NCBI GenBank assembly: GCA_963741945.1
Contig: CAVUKA010000001.1
Coordinates: 256,001-320,000 of the forward strand
DNA: 64,000 bases
Direction of reading: 5' to 3'
Source of the DNA: an uncultured Gemmatimonadales bacterium
Lineage (GTDB): Bacteria > Gemmatimonadota > Gemmatimonadetes > Longimicrobiales > RSA9
How positions within the stretch are numbered: the stretch's first letter is position 1; the number at the start of each line of letters is the position of its first letter. Shown here piece by piece: positions 56,640-64,000 of this stretch. The position numbers were made by a program, and so were the translations under genes. The notes beneath the pieces are model-generated. The model saw only the letters and a list, made by a program, of their open reading frames with translations, ran no database searches and was not told where the DNA came from.

Positions 56640-58339
56640 TCGTCTACCGCGACGTGGTCCGGACGGTCGCCACCGACTCCTTCATCCACGCGCTCCACCG
56701 TCTGGCACGGGATCACCGGGCCACGAGCTTCCTCGTGGAAGTGGGTCGACTGGAGCAGGCCGCCGTGGATGCGTCGAGCGCGGAGCGCGACGACACCGGT
56801 GCCGTCGAGCGCGCCCTCCGATCCGCGAGCCTCGCGGCCGGACGGGCGCTCACCGCCGCGACCCTGGGGCAGTCGCGCCAGGCGATGGCGGCGGCGCTGG
56901 ACCGCGTCGACTCCGTCCGCGCCCACCTGCCGGCAGCGCTCGAGCTGCGCGAGCCCGAAGGATACGCCCATTACGCCCTCGATCCGCTGGCCTACGCGGA
57001 GGCCGCCCGCTCGTACAGTCGTTGGGCGGGGGCGCGGTGCTCCCGCGCGGTGGTGGTGGGGATCCGGAGCATCGGCACGAGCCTCTCCGCGGTTGTGGCC
57101 GTGACGCTGAACACGGCGGCCTCCGCGACGGTGCGCCCGCGGGGTGAAACAGGAGAGCGCCACATCCGCGCATCGGAGCGTCTCAGCGCCCTGGTCCGGG
57201 AGGCTGTCGAAGCGGGCGGCGACGCGCTGCTGGTGGACGAGGGGCCCGGCGTCACGGGCGAGACGTTCGAGTGCGCCGCCCGCTGGCTCCGCCGGATCGG
57301 GGTGCCCGCCTCCCGGATCGTCCTCTTCCCCAGCCACGACGGGGCGATGCCGCTGGCGCCGGAGTCGCGCCGGCGCTGGTTTCGCAGCACGCTCCGCTTC
57401 CCGCCACCGGTCGCGGACGAGCGCATGACCCGCATCGCGGAGCGCAGGGGCTGGGCGCCCCCGATCGACCTCTCGGCCGGATCCTGGCGGCGGAAGGTGC
57501 CCGGGGCGGAAGAGCTGCCGGCGGTCCCGCATTTCGAGCGAGTGAAGGCCCGCGTGCCCGGCGACACCGGTCTCGGCCACATGCTCCGCTACGCCGGCCT
57601 CGGCGCCTCGCTCGACCGGTGGCTGCACCGGGCCGGGGTGCTCGGGGAGCTGGTCCCGGGTCCCGTCGAACCGACAGGATCCGGGTTCATTGTCCGCCCC
57701 TGGGTAGACGGCGCCCCTGTGGCGCGGCGGCGCGAGCTGCCCGGCGACCTCGCGGCCGCCATGGTTTCGTACGTCGGGGCGCGGGCGGACCGGCTCGCGA
57801 CCGGTGAGCCGGTAGACCGGGACTGGTGGGTACGACTGCTCCTCGAAAACGGCGCCGAGTCCGGTGCACCCTCCGCGGCGCTGGCATGCGCCGCCCGCGC
57901 CCTCGAGCGCTTGCCCCAGCGCGAGGCCGTGATTCCCGACGGCCGCCTCCAGCCATGGGAGTGGATCCGCACGCCCGCAGGCACCCTGCGGAAAGTGGAC
58001 GCCATGGATCACGGGGACGGGCTGCGCGTGCCCGGGCCGACGGACGGAGCGTGGGACGCGGCCGGAGCCACCATCGAGCTGGGACTGCACGGGCCGGACG
58101 CACGCGCGTTCCTCCACGCCGCGTCCCGCGAGCGCGGCATGCCAGCGGGGGAGGAGGAGAACGTCCTGAGCCCGCGGGCGCTGGCCGCCTATCGGCCGGT
58201 CTACGCCGCCGCGTGCTATGGTGACGCGGAGCTGGCGGCGCGGGAATCGAGCGATGCCGAAGACAGGGTGCGACTCCGCTGCGAGGCCGCGTTCTACGCG
58301 GCGGCGCTCGAAGCCGCGCTGATCGAAGGGTTATCCTAG
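56636..58339 (+). CDS. Hypothetical protein: PRTase-like domain fused to a degenerate kinase-like domain
   Basis: PEGYAHYAL, VVGIRSIGTSLSAVVA, LLVDEGPGVTGETF; C-terminal DGRLQPWEW, KVDAMDHGD, P.D.AWD.AG. Confidence 0.7.
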   Translation: MIVYRDVVRTVATDSFIHALHRLARDHRATSFLVEVGRLEQAAVDASSAERDDTGAVERALRSASLAAGRALTAATLGQSRQAMAAALDRVDSVRAHLPAALELREPEGYAHYALDPLAYAEAARSYSRWAGARCSRAVVVGIRSIGTSLSAVVAVTLNTAASATVRPRGETGERHIRASERLSALVREAVEAGGDALLVDEGPGVTGETFECAARWLRRIGVPASRIVLFPSHDGAMPLAPESRRRWFRSTLRFPPPVADERMTRIAERRGWAPPIDLSAGSWRRKVPGAEELPAVPHFERVKARVPGDTGLGHMLRYAGLGASLDRWLHRAGVLGELVPGPVEPTGSGFIVRPWVDGAPVARRRELPGDLAAAMVSYVGARADRLATGEPVDRDWWVRLLLENGAESGAPSAALACAARALERLPQREAVIPDGRLQPWEWIRTPAGTLRKVDAMDHGDGLRVPGPTDGAWDAAGATIELGLHGPDARAFLHAASRERGMPAGEEENVLSPRALAAYRPVYAAACYGDAELAARESSDAEDRVRLRCEAAFYAAALEAALIEGLS

Positions 58340-59483
58340 GCGGTGCCCGTGAGCGCGCCGCGGCGGTGCGGCAATCGCTCCACGCGCCATCGGACATCCT
58401 CCACTCCAATGCGGTGAATGCAGCCGCGATCCGCAATGAGACAGCGTCCCGCGTGCCAGCATTCCGGTGGCGAAAGTGAGTGGTGGTCGCGGTATCCGCA
58501 CTGGAGTGCTCGCGGCTCCACGGCCATGATGTCCCTGCCGGGTGGCAGGAAGATCGAAGCCCGGGTCGGCCCGAACACCGCCACCGTCGGGACCGCCACG
58601 GCGCCAGCCAGGTGCATGAGACCCGTGTCGTTGCAGACGAGGCCGCGGCAGCGGCGAAGGAGGGCGGCCGTGCGGAGGAGGTGCTCGGCGCCGACCCGGA
58701 TCGCGCGCTCCCCGTGCCGCATGGCATCCTGCACCGCCCGCCCCGCTCCCGCCTGCGGTCCCTCGATCAGCAGGACCGGGACGTCCTCCCGCTCGATGAC
58801 GTGATCCGCCACGGCGGCGAAGTGCTCGAGTGGCCAGCGCTTCAGCGCCGTGGAGGCCACCGGCGAGACGGCGAAGGGGCGGCGTGTGATCCGTGGCCGG
58901 CGAGGAACGATGCCGCGAAAAGCTCGTCGCTCTCTCGCGGGTGCACTGCCGGCGTGATGCCGCGGGGCACGTGGAGGCCCCAGCCCGAGCGCACGCCGGC
59001 ACGGATCGCCTCGGTCCCGCTTTCACCGGATGCCAGCGCCGCTTCCTCAGCGCAGGGATCGCCCTCCAGCGAGCGGATCCCGAGCGACCAGACCGCGCGG
59101 CCCACGGCCGTAGGGGCATGCGTGGCATCGAGCACGAGGTCGAAACGCTGTTCCCTGATCCAGGCGGCAAGGGCTTCTCGCGTGCCCGGTTCGCCGGAAT
59201 CCCACCGGTGGCTCAAGCGCCAGCGGCTCGTGCCGAGAACCGCGTCCACGCGGGCATCTCCGTCCAGGATCTCATCGGCCGGAGGATTGCCGAGTGCCAC
59301 GATCCGGGCGCCGGGGATCGCCCGCCGCAGCGCGCTGATGGCCGGGAGCGCCATGACCACATCGCCGATTCCGTAGCGCAGGCAGACCAGGACGTTGCGG
59401 GAGTGCAGAGGGAGCACGAGTGCCGTGGCGTTGGAGGCATGTCCGACCGGTGCAGGACACCGCCCGATCGCAGTGATTCCCAC
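58336..59483 (-). pseudogene. Glycosyltransferase family 9 (heptosyltransferase-like), split by an apparent 1-nt deletion near 58875-58895
   Basis: GIGDVVMALPAISALR lies in one frame; KRWP..HF and NDTGLMHLA..V..PTVAVFGPT lie in the -1 frame. Confidence 0.82.
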
Positions 59484-59494
59484 GGTCGGGAGCG

Positions 59495-59511
59495 CGCAAG
59501 CGACGTGCCCG
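59495..59511 (-). promoter_or_regulatory. sigma54 -24/-12 motif
   Basis: CGGGCACGTCGCTTGCG (GGCACG-N4-TTGC core). Confidence 0.7.
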
Positions 59512-59718
59512 AAGGTGCCTCAAAGCCGGACCACCACCTCCGCCCGCCAGCAGCGGGATCCCGTCAGAACGCGTGCGCGGGCCGGCTGGCGACGACGGGC
59601 CGCGAGGCGGATCTGGACTCACGGACGGGCGCGGTTTACGATGGAGGCGATGACCCGTCCGGCGTGCGTCGCGGGTCGCTTCCGCAGGCCCGCCCACCCG
59701 GCATACCCTGGACCGATC

Positions 59719-59883
59719 ATGCCCACCTATCGATACCGGTGTCTGGACTGCGAGGACGAGTTCGAGCAGACCGAGCACATCGAAGACCACGGCGGCGCGC
59801 GCCCCGAGTGTCCCGGATGCGGGAGCAAGCGGGTGGAGCAGGTCTTCAGCTCGTTCTTCGCCAAGACGACGAAGAAGAGCTGA
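59719..59883 (+). CDS. FmdB-family zinc-ribbon protein
   Basis: MPTYRYRCLDC...FE...CPGCGS. Confidence 0.88.
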   Translation: MPTYRYRCLDCEDEFEQTEHIEDHGGARPECPGCGSKRVEQVFSSFFAKTTKKS

Positions 59884-59990
59884 CGACGCCGGCTCCCTCC
59901 GGGTGCGTGGCGTGGCTCAGTCCGCCTCGTGCGCCCCATACCCGTCCATGGTCCGGCCGCACCGCTCCTCCGGCGCGACCGGAGGCCGCA

Positions 59991-60254
59991 TCACGCAGCC
60001 ATCCGGGAGATCTGGACGCGCCAGACCTCGGGCCCCTGCTCCAGGTACTCCCACCCGAACTCGCCCTCGTGCTCGAACTGGAACTGGTAGCGGAGCGGCT
60101 TCGGATCGTGGTCGTTGACCAGGATGAACGCGTCCCCGGGTTCCAGCGCCCGGAACGTGTCGAAGATCGTGGGATGCTTCTCCCTGGGCGGGATCGGCCT
60201 CACGTCCAGGACCTTCTCGGCATTCTCCTCGTTCCGGCTCGCTGCTTCAGTCAT
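59991..60254 (-). CDS. DUF2249-domain protein
   Basis: LDVRPIPP.EKH..IF..F..L.PG....LVNDHDPKPL.YQ, YLEQGPEVWRV.I. Confidence 0.88.
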   Translation of the reverse strand: MTEAASRNEENAEKVLDVRPIPPREKHPTIFDTFRALEPGDAFILVNDHDPKPLRYQFQFEHEGEFGWEYLEQGPEVWRVQISRMAA

Positions 60255-61149
60255 CGGTCTCTTTCCCTTCCCTGTGTCTGATGAACACCCGGACCAGGTC
60301 CGGCTGCTGTTCGCGCGTTTCCCACGTGAACCCGCGCTCCTCCAGCGTCGGCAGAAGGAAGCGCGGCTCACGGACGTTCACCTGCACCAGCGTATGTCCG
60401 ACGGGGAGACGCTCCAGCGCCGCGAGCGTGCGCACCATCGGCTCGGGCGGCTCCAATCCCCGCACATCCAGGACGACCACGCCACCGTCCGCGACATCCG
60501 CATCGGCTTCCGGCCGCCCGTCGGTGCCACCCTCCGCCGCGTGCGGAGGAGAGCCGGACGTCTCCGTCGAGGGGTCGGCTGCCCAGAACCAGATCACCCA
60601 ATCGTCGTCCGCCCGCCGCTCGGTCCAGTTTTGCAGGCCCTGCTTCTCGAACACGGCGTAGAGCGGGGCGGGCTCGAAGATCGCCCGCAGTCGCAGCGCG
60701 CCATTTTCCGGGATCTCACGTTTCGCAGCCATGATCCGGCTGAAGGGCTCCTCGCCCCGGCGCAGCGCGTCCCGGACGTCGAGGTCGACGATCCGGTCTT
60801 CCGGGATCGCCGCCAGCGCGGCCGGTGTCCGCCCCTCCGGGTCGCCCGCGCCGGCGTCCGGTCCGTCCCGGTCCGGGGATGCCGGCGCTGCGCCCTCCGG
60901 CGAGGCGGCCTGGCCGCCGTCCGCCCCGGCCCGGCGCTCGACAGCGGCATTGAGGCGGGCGACGAGGCTCTCCGCATCCATGCCGGCCACCCTCGCCGCC
61001 TGGTTCACGGTGACGAGCCTGGCCATCACCTTGCGCATGGCCGGGCTCCGCAGGCGCCCGAACGCGGGGGAGGCCGCAACGAAGACGTCGATCAGCGACT
61101 CGTCGCTCGCGAGGACGTCGGCCACGCGGTCCGTCCCCCGGATCACCAC
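60247..61149 (-). CDS. DUF1858-like domain plus two DUF2249 domains
   Basis: [36 protein letters not shown]...[17 protein letters not shown]...L. Confidence 0.82.
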   Translation of the reverse strand: MVIRGTDRVADVLASDESLIDVFVAASPAFGRLRSPAMRKVMARLVTVNQAARVAGMDAESLVARLNAAVERRAGADGGQAASPEGAAPASPDRDGPDAGAGDPEGRTPAALAAIPEDRIVDLDVRDALRRGEEPFSRIMAAKREIPENGALRLRAIFEPAPLYAVFEKQGLQNWTERRADDDWVIWFWAADPSTETSGSPPHAAEGGTDGRPEADADVADGGVVVLDVRGLEPPEPMVRTLAALERLPVGHTLVQVNVREPRFLLPTLEERGFTWETREQQPDLVRVFIRHREGKETDD

Positions 61150-61481
61150 GCCCCCTCCCGAATCATCCCCGGGTTCCACGCGGGCTCCCACACCAGCCGG
61201 GCATCCACGTCGCGGACACCCTCCAGGGCGGAGACCACGGCCACCACCGCATTGGAGATGTGGGCTTCCATCGGGCAGCCACGCGTCGTGAGCGTGTAGT
61301 CGATCGCGACCACCCCCGCATCGATGCGCACGCCGTACACGAGCCCCAGCGTCACGATGTCGAGCCCGATCTCGGGATCCACCACCTGCCCGAGCGCCGA
61401 TCGCACCGCACTCTCGGTGACCGCGGGCGCGGGACTCCCCCCCGAGAGCGCCGCGAGGGCGCCTTCGAACGATTCGGTCAT
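61143..61481 (-). CDS. DUF59/SufT-like metal-sulfur cluster assembly factor
   Basis: [30 protein letters not shown]. Confidence 0.9.
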   Translation of the reverse strand: MTESFEGALAALSGGSPAPAVTESAVRSALGQVVDPEIGLDIVTLGLVYGVRIDAGVVAIDYTLTTRGCPMEAHISNAVVAVVSALEGVRDVDARLVWEPAWNPGMIREGAW

Positions 61482-62770
61482 GGCCTCCTCCATGCCAGTT
61501 TCCACATCTGCACGGCCTCCACCAGGCCTCCCCCGAGCGCCACGACGGCGAATACCCGGGCCACCGCGCCGGCGCCCACCGTGGTAGCGGCCACCACGCC
61601 CGTGGCCCCCAGCCCCAGGAGCATCACCGCGACCGTGGCCCCGGTCGCCGAATAGAGCTCCGAAACCCGGGGCACCTGGCGCTCCGCCACCAGTGGACCG
61701 AAGCGGTGGAACCAGACCAGAAAAGGGACGATCTTGTAGTAGTGGGCCGCGACGAACAGCGTCAGCGACAGCACCATCGCGGCGATGTAGGCGGTGGACA
61801 GCCGCGGGACGGCAAAACCCGTGGCCAGGCTCACCGCCCCGAGCCCCAGCGCGACAGCCAGCAGCATCAGCGCTCCACCCGCCAGGCGGAGCCCCGGATC
61901 GAGACTCGGCTTGACGCGGTGGGTGAAGAAGAGCCGCGTCTGCACAAGGAACGAGGCCGCGCCGCCCGCCAGCAGGATCCCGGGCAGCCAGTGGGACAGG
62001 AGAGGGGGAGCATGGTGCAGCAGCGCCAGCGCCAGCACACCCGTGGCAACGAGCCACGCCGCGGCACGCCCCCAGCGCTCAGGCGCGCCGTGACTCAGGA
62101 GGAACATGGGGAGCAGCCGGTGCGCCACCCCGATCACCACCATGAGCACCCACCCGGCCAGCGCCACGTGCATGTGCACGCCCAGCGCCGTCCAGCGGTG
62201 CACGCCCAGGTACCCCAAGCGCAGGTTCCCCGCCAGCGTGAAGCCCAGGATCGCCGTAAGCACCAGATAGACGTCCGCCGCCAGAAGGGACCACCACGTC
62301 AGGTCCCGCCGTTTCGCAGCCGCCAGCGTGGCCCCGAGGTTGGCCGCGAACAGCAGCACCGCCGTCCCGAACGTCGCCGCCCCACCCAGCATCAACGGCC
62401 CCGTGCCCGTGGCCAGCCCGGCCACGAACGCCAGCAGCCCCGGCACGAATAGCACGAACGTCGCATGCGCCACACCCGTCCACCGGATCGGATGGTCCAG
62501 CGCCACCGGCAGGAACTGGTACAGCGCTCCGAAGATCGACATCGTGATCCACCCGAGCGTAAACAGGTGCGTCACCGCCGCCACCCGCGCCGACGGATAC
62601 CATCCGGCCGCCACCTGCGGCGCTACCACCACGAGCCCCGTCAATCCCAGCAGCAGGAACACCATCCCCGCCACGAAATGCTCCCCCGGCAGCAGGAACG
62701 CGGGCGCCTTCCCGGCGGCGAGGGCGGAGGGCCCGATGGCGGGCGCGGTGGATCGGGCCGTAAGCGACAT
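61478..62770 (-). CDS. Polytopic (about 12 TM) membrane protein with intramembrane His; heme-copper-oxidase-subunit-I/NnrS-like fold candidate
   Basis: THLFTLGW...[18 protein letters not shown]...G...[15 protein letters not shown]. Confidence 0.78.
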   Translation of the reverse strand: MSLTARSTAPAIGPSALAAGKAPAFLLPGEHFVAGMVFLLLGLTGLVVVAPQVAAGWYPSARVAAVTHLFTLGWITMSIFGALYQFLPVALDHPIRWTGVAHATFVLFVPGLLAFVAGLATGTGPLMLGGAATFGTAVLLFAANLGATLAAAKRRDLTWWSLLAADVYLVLTAILGFTLAGNLRLGYLGVHRWTALGVHMHVALAGWVLMVVIGVAHRLLPMFLLSHGAPERWGRAAAWLVATGVLALALLHHAPPLLSHWLPGILLAGGAASFLVQTRLFFTHRVKPSLDPGLRLAGGALMLLAVALGLGAVSLATGFAVPRLSTAYIAAMVLSLTLFVAAHYYKIVPFLVWFHRFGPLVAERQVPRVSELYSATGATVAVMLLGLGATGVVAATTVGAGAVARVFAVVALGGGLVEAVQMWKLAWRRP

Positions 62771-62804
62771 GTCCTATTCTGGACATTCGTATGATGTTTG
62801 TCAA
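62769..62804 (-). promoter_or_regulatory. sigma70 promoter with an overlapping palindromic operator
   Basis: TTGACA-N17-CAGAAT-N5-ATG; ATGTCC-N6-GGACAT (62769-62786) spans the -10 box and start codon. Confidence 0.65.
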
Positions 62805-62833
62805 CGGGGGGGGCCAGCGCGGGGACGACGAGG

Positions 62834-63379
62834 TCAGGGGAGGAGGGTTCGACGGCCTTCCGCGAGGACGCGGTCGTAGAGGCGCTCGAGGGGGGAGCAG
62901 ACGCCACGGCAGCCGTTCACGACGCGCTCGGTCCAGTCGAGATAATCGAGGCGGCGCTCGAGGCTCCAGTCCGGGGGGTGGTGGGTCACATCCCGGACAT
63001 TGGCGATCTTGTCTGCAATGCGGATGAGCTTGGCCGCATCGGAGAGGGTGGGGGCGCCGCGGACCTGGCGCTCCTTGCGTTCGAGCCTGGCGAGTGCCTT
63101 CTCGTCGGTGACTTCGAGAACGAGGTCGCGAACGGCGGGACCGAAGGCGGCGGCGAGCTCGCGGGGAGAAGTCTCGGTGTCCTCGAGGGTGTCGTGGAGC
63201 ACGGCGCCCTGCAGGGTGGTGATATCCGTGACACCGTGGGCAGCGAGGAGTCTGGCCACGGCGATGGGGTGATTGATGTAGGGTGAGGCTTCCCTGCCCT
63301 TCCGTCGCTGGTCGCGGTGCTTGTCGGCGGCGAAGGCGAGCGCTTCGAAGAGGAGCGCTTCACGGGTGTCCGGGGTCAC
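62834..63379 (-). CDS. HD-domain small alarmone hydrolase (Mesh1-like)
   Basis: FAADKHRDQRRK...PYINHP, LHDTLEDT, EVTDEK, ADKIAN; no synthetase domain. Confidence 0.9.
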   Translation of the reverse strand: MTPDTREALLFEALAFAADKHRDQRRKGREASPYINHPIAVARLLAAHGVTDITTLQGAVLHDTLEDTETSPRELAAAFGPAVRDLVLEVTDEKALARLERKERQVRGAPTLSDAAKLIRIADKIANVRDVTHHPPDWSLERRLDYLDWTERVVNGCRGVCSPLERLYDRVLAEGRRTLLP

Positions 63380-63570
63380 GGCTCACCATCGCGCCCGGGG
63401 AGCAGCCGCAGGAGGAAGCCGACGGCCAGGATGAGGATCGCGGCGCCAATGACGCGATCATCATCGAGGGCGATGCCGGCGAGCGCGATGGCCGCTCCGA
63501 TGCCGAACAGCCAGAGTCGGGCGTGGAGCCAGGGTGCACCATCGTCGCTACGGCGGAAGAAGAGGCTCAT
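63376..63570 (-). CDS. Small 2-TM membrane protein
   Basis: 64 aa with two hydrophobic segments; overlaps both neighbours (ATGA/GTGA). Confidence 0.7.
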   Translation of the reverse strand: MSLFFRRSDDGAPWLHARLWLFGIGAAIALAGIALDDDRVIGAAILILAVGFLLRLLPGRDGEP

Positions 63571-64000
63571 TCTCCCCGGCGTCGCTCGAGGAATCGCCGC
63601 ACGCCGGCCCGGGTGTCGGGTGTGAGGCGGGCGAGGACGTTGACTTCTGCGCCGCGTGCCACGGCCTCCTCGAAGCTGAGTCCGTCCATGCCGTAGAGGA
63701 GGCGCTTGATGAGGGAGACGGCGGAAATGGAGCGTCGAGCGATCTCGACCGCGTACGACGTGACGCCCTCCTCCCAGGCTTCGGCGGCGATGACGCGATT
63801 GACGAGGCCGAGGGCGGCGGCCTCGCGGGCGTCGATCTGCTCGCCCCGGACCACGAGCTCGAACGCCACCGTTTCGCCCACTGCGCGACGGAGGAGCGCC
63901 ATCACCATGGCCGGCACGAAGCCGAGGTGCACCTCGGGGTAGCCGAACACGGCGTCATCGCGGGCGAGGACGAGGTCGCAGGCGGTGGCGAGGCCCGCGC
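63567..64000 (-). CDS. Enoyl-CoA hydratase/isomerase family; 5' end outside the window
   Basis: AGLATACDLV.A...A.FGYPEV.LGFVP, GLVN. Confidence 0.9.
   Translation of the reverse strand, partial: AGLATACDLVLARDDAVFGYPEVHLGFVPAMVMALLRRAVGETVAFELVVRGEQIDAREAAALGLVNRVIAAEAWEEGVTSYAVEIARRSISAVSLIKRLLYGMDGLSFEEAVARGAEVNVLARLTPDTRAGVRRFLERRRGE

Noticed and set aside
50177-59483. The accessory cluster as a mobile or defence island
   Set aside because: No transposase, integrase, terminal repeats, nuclease or toxin motifs, and composition looks like the flanks.

Overview
A GC-rich (about 70% by eye), gene-dense bacterial chromosome segment. Gene content and order suggest a diderm, plausibly Gemmatimonadota (inference). 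Bases 1-27 kb are mostly a minus-strand housekeeping run: sppA, carA, rnhA (+), lipB, 2-oxoacid dehydrogenase E1a/E1b/E2, secG-tpiA-pgk-gap, comF, aroE, a YwlE-like phosphatase, tsaC, ispD, radA, dnaB, udg, coaBC, rpoZ, gmk, yicC, an outer-membrane protein, pepA, icd and citrate synthase. Then come a four-gene ECF-sigma module with two extracytoplasmic glycogen-binding (CBM48-like) domains and a repeated GTGACCCG-N14-CGTC promoter, a lytic transglycosylase, murB, tRNA-Leu(CAA), an NfeD-FloA operon, a Paa-lower-pathway-like acyl-CoA operon lacking paaZ, rpmA/rplU, RNase E/G, an acyl-CoA dehydrogenase and recQ. At 50-59.5 kb lies an uncharacterised sugar/phosphate-modifying cluster (CgeB-like and GT9 glycosyltransferases, a circularly permuted clan GH-A hydrolase, two histidine phosphatases, HAD, APH kinase, PRTase-kinase fusion, methyltransferase). 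Six of its seven transcription units carry a sigma54-type -24/-12 motif. The window ends with a DUF2249/DUF1858/DUF59/membrane-protein operon and a Mesh1-like hydrolase. No CRISPR array, rRNA, integrase or transposase was seen. All calls are from reading motifs by eye; no searches were run.
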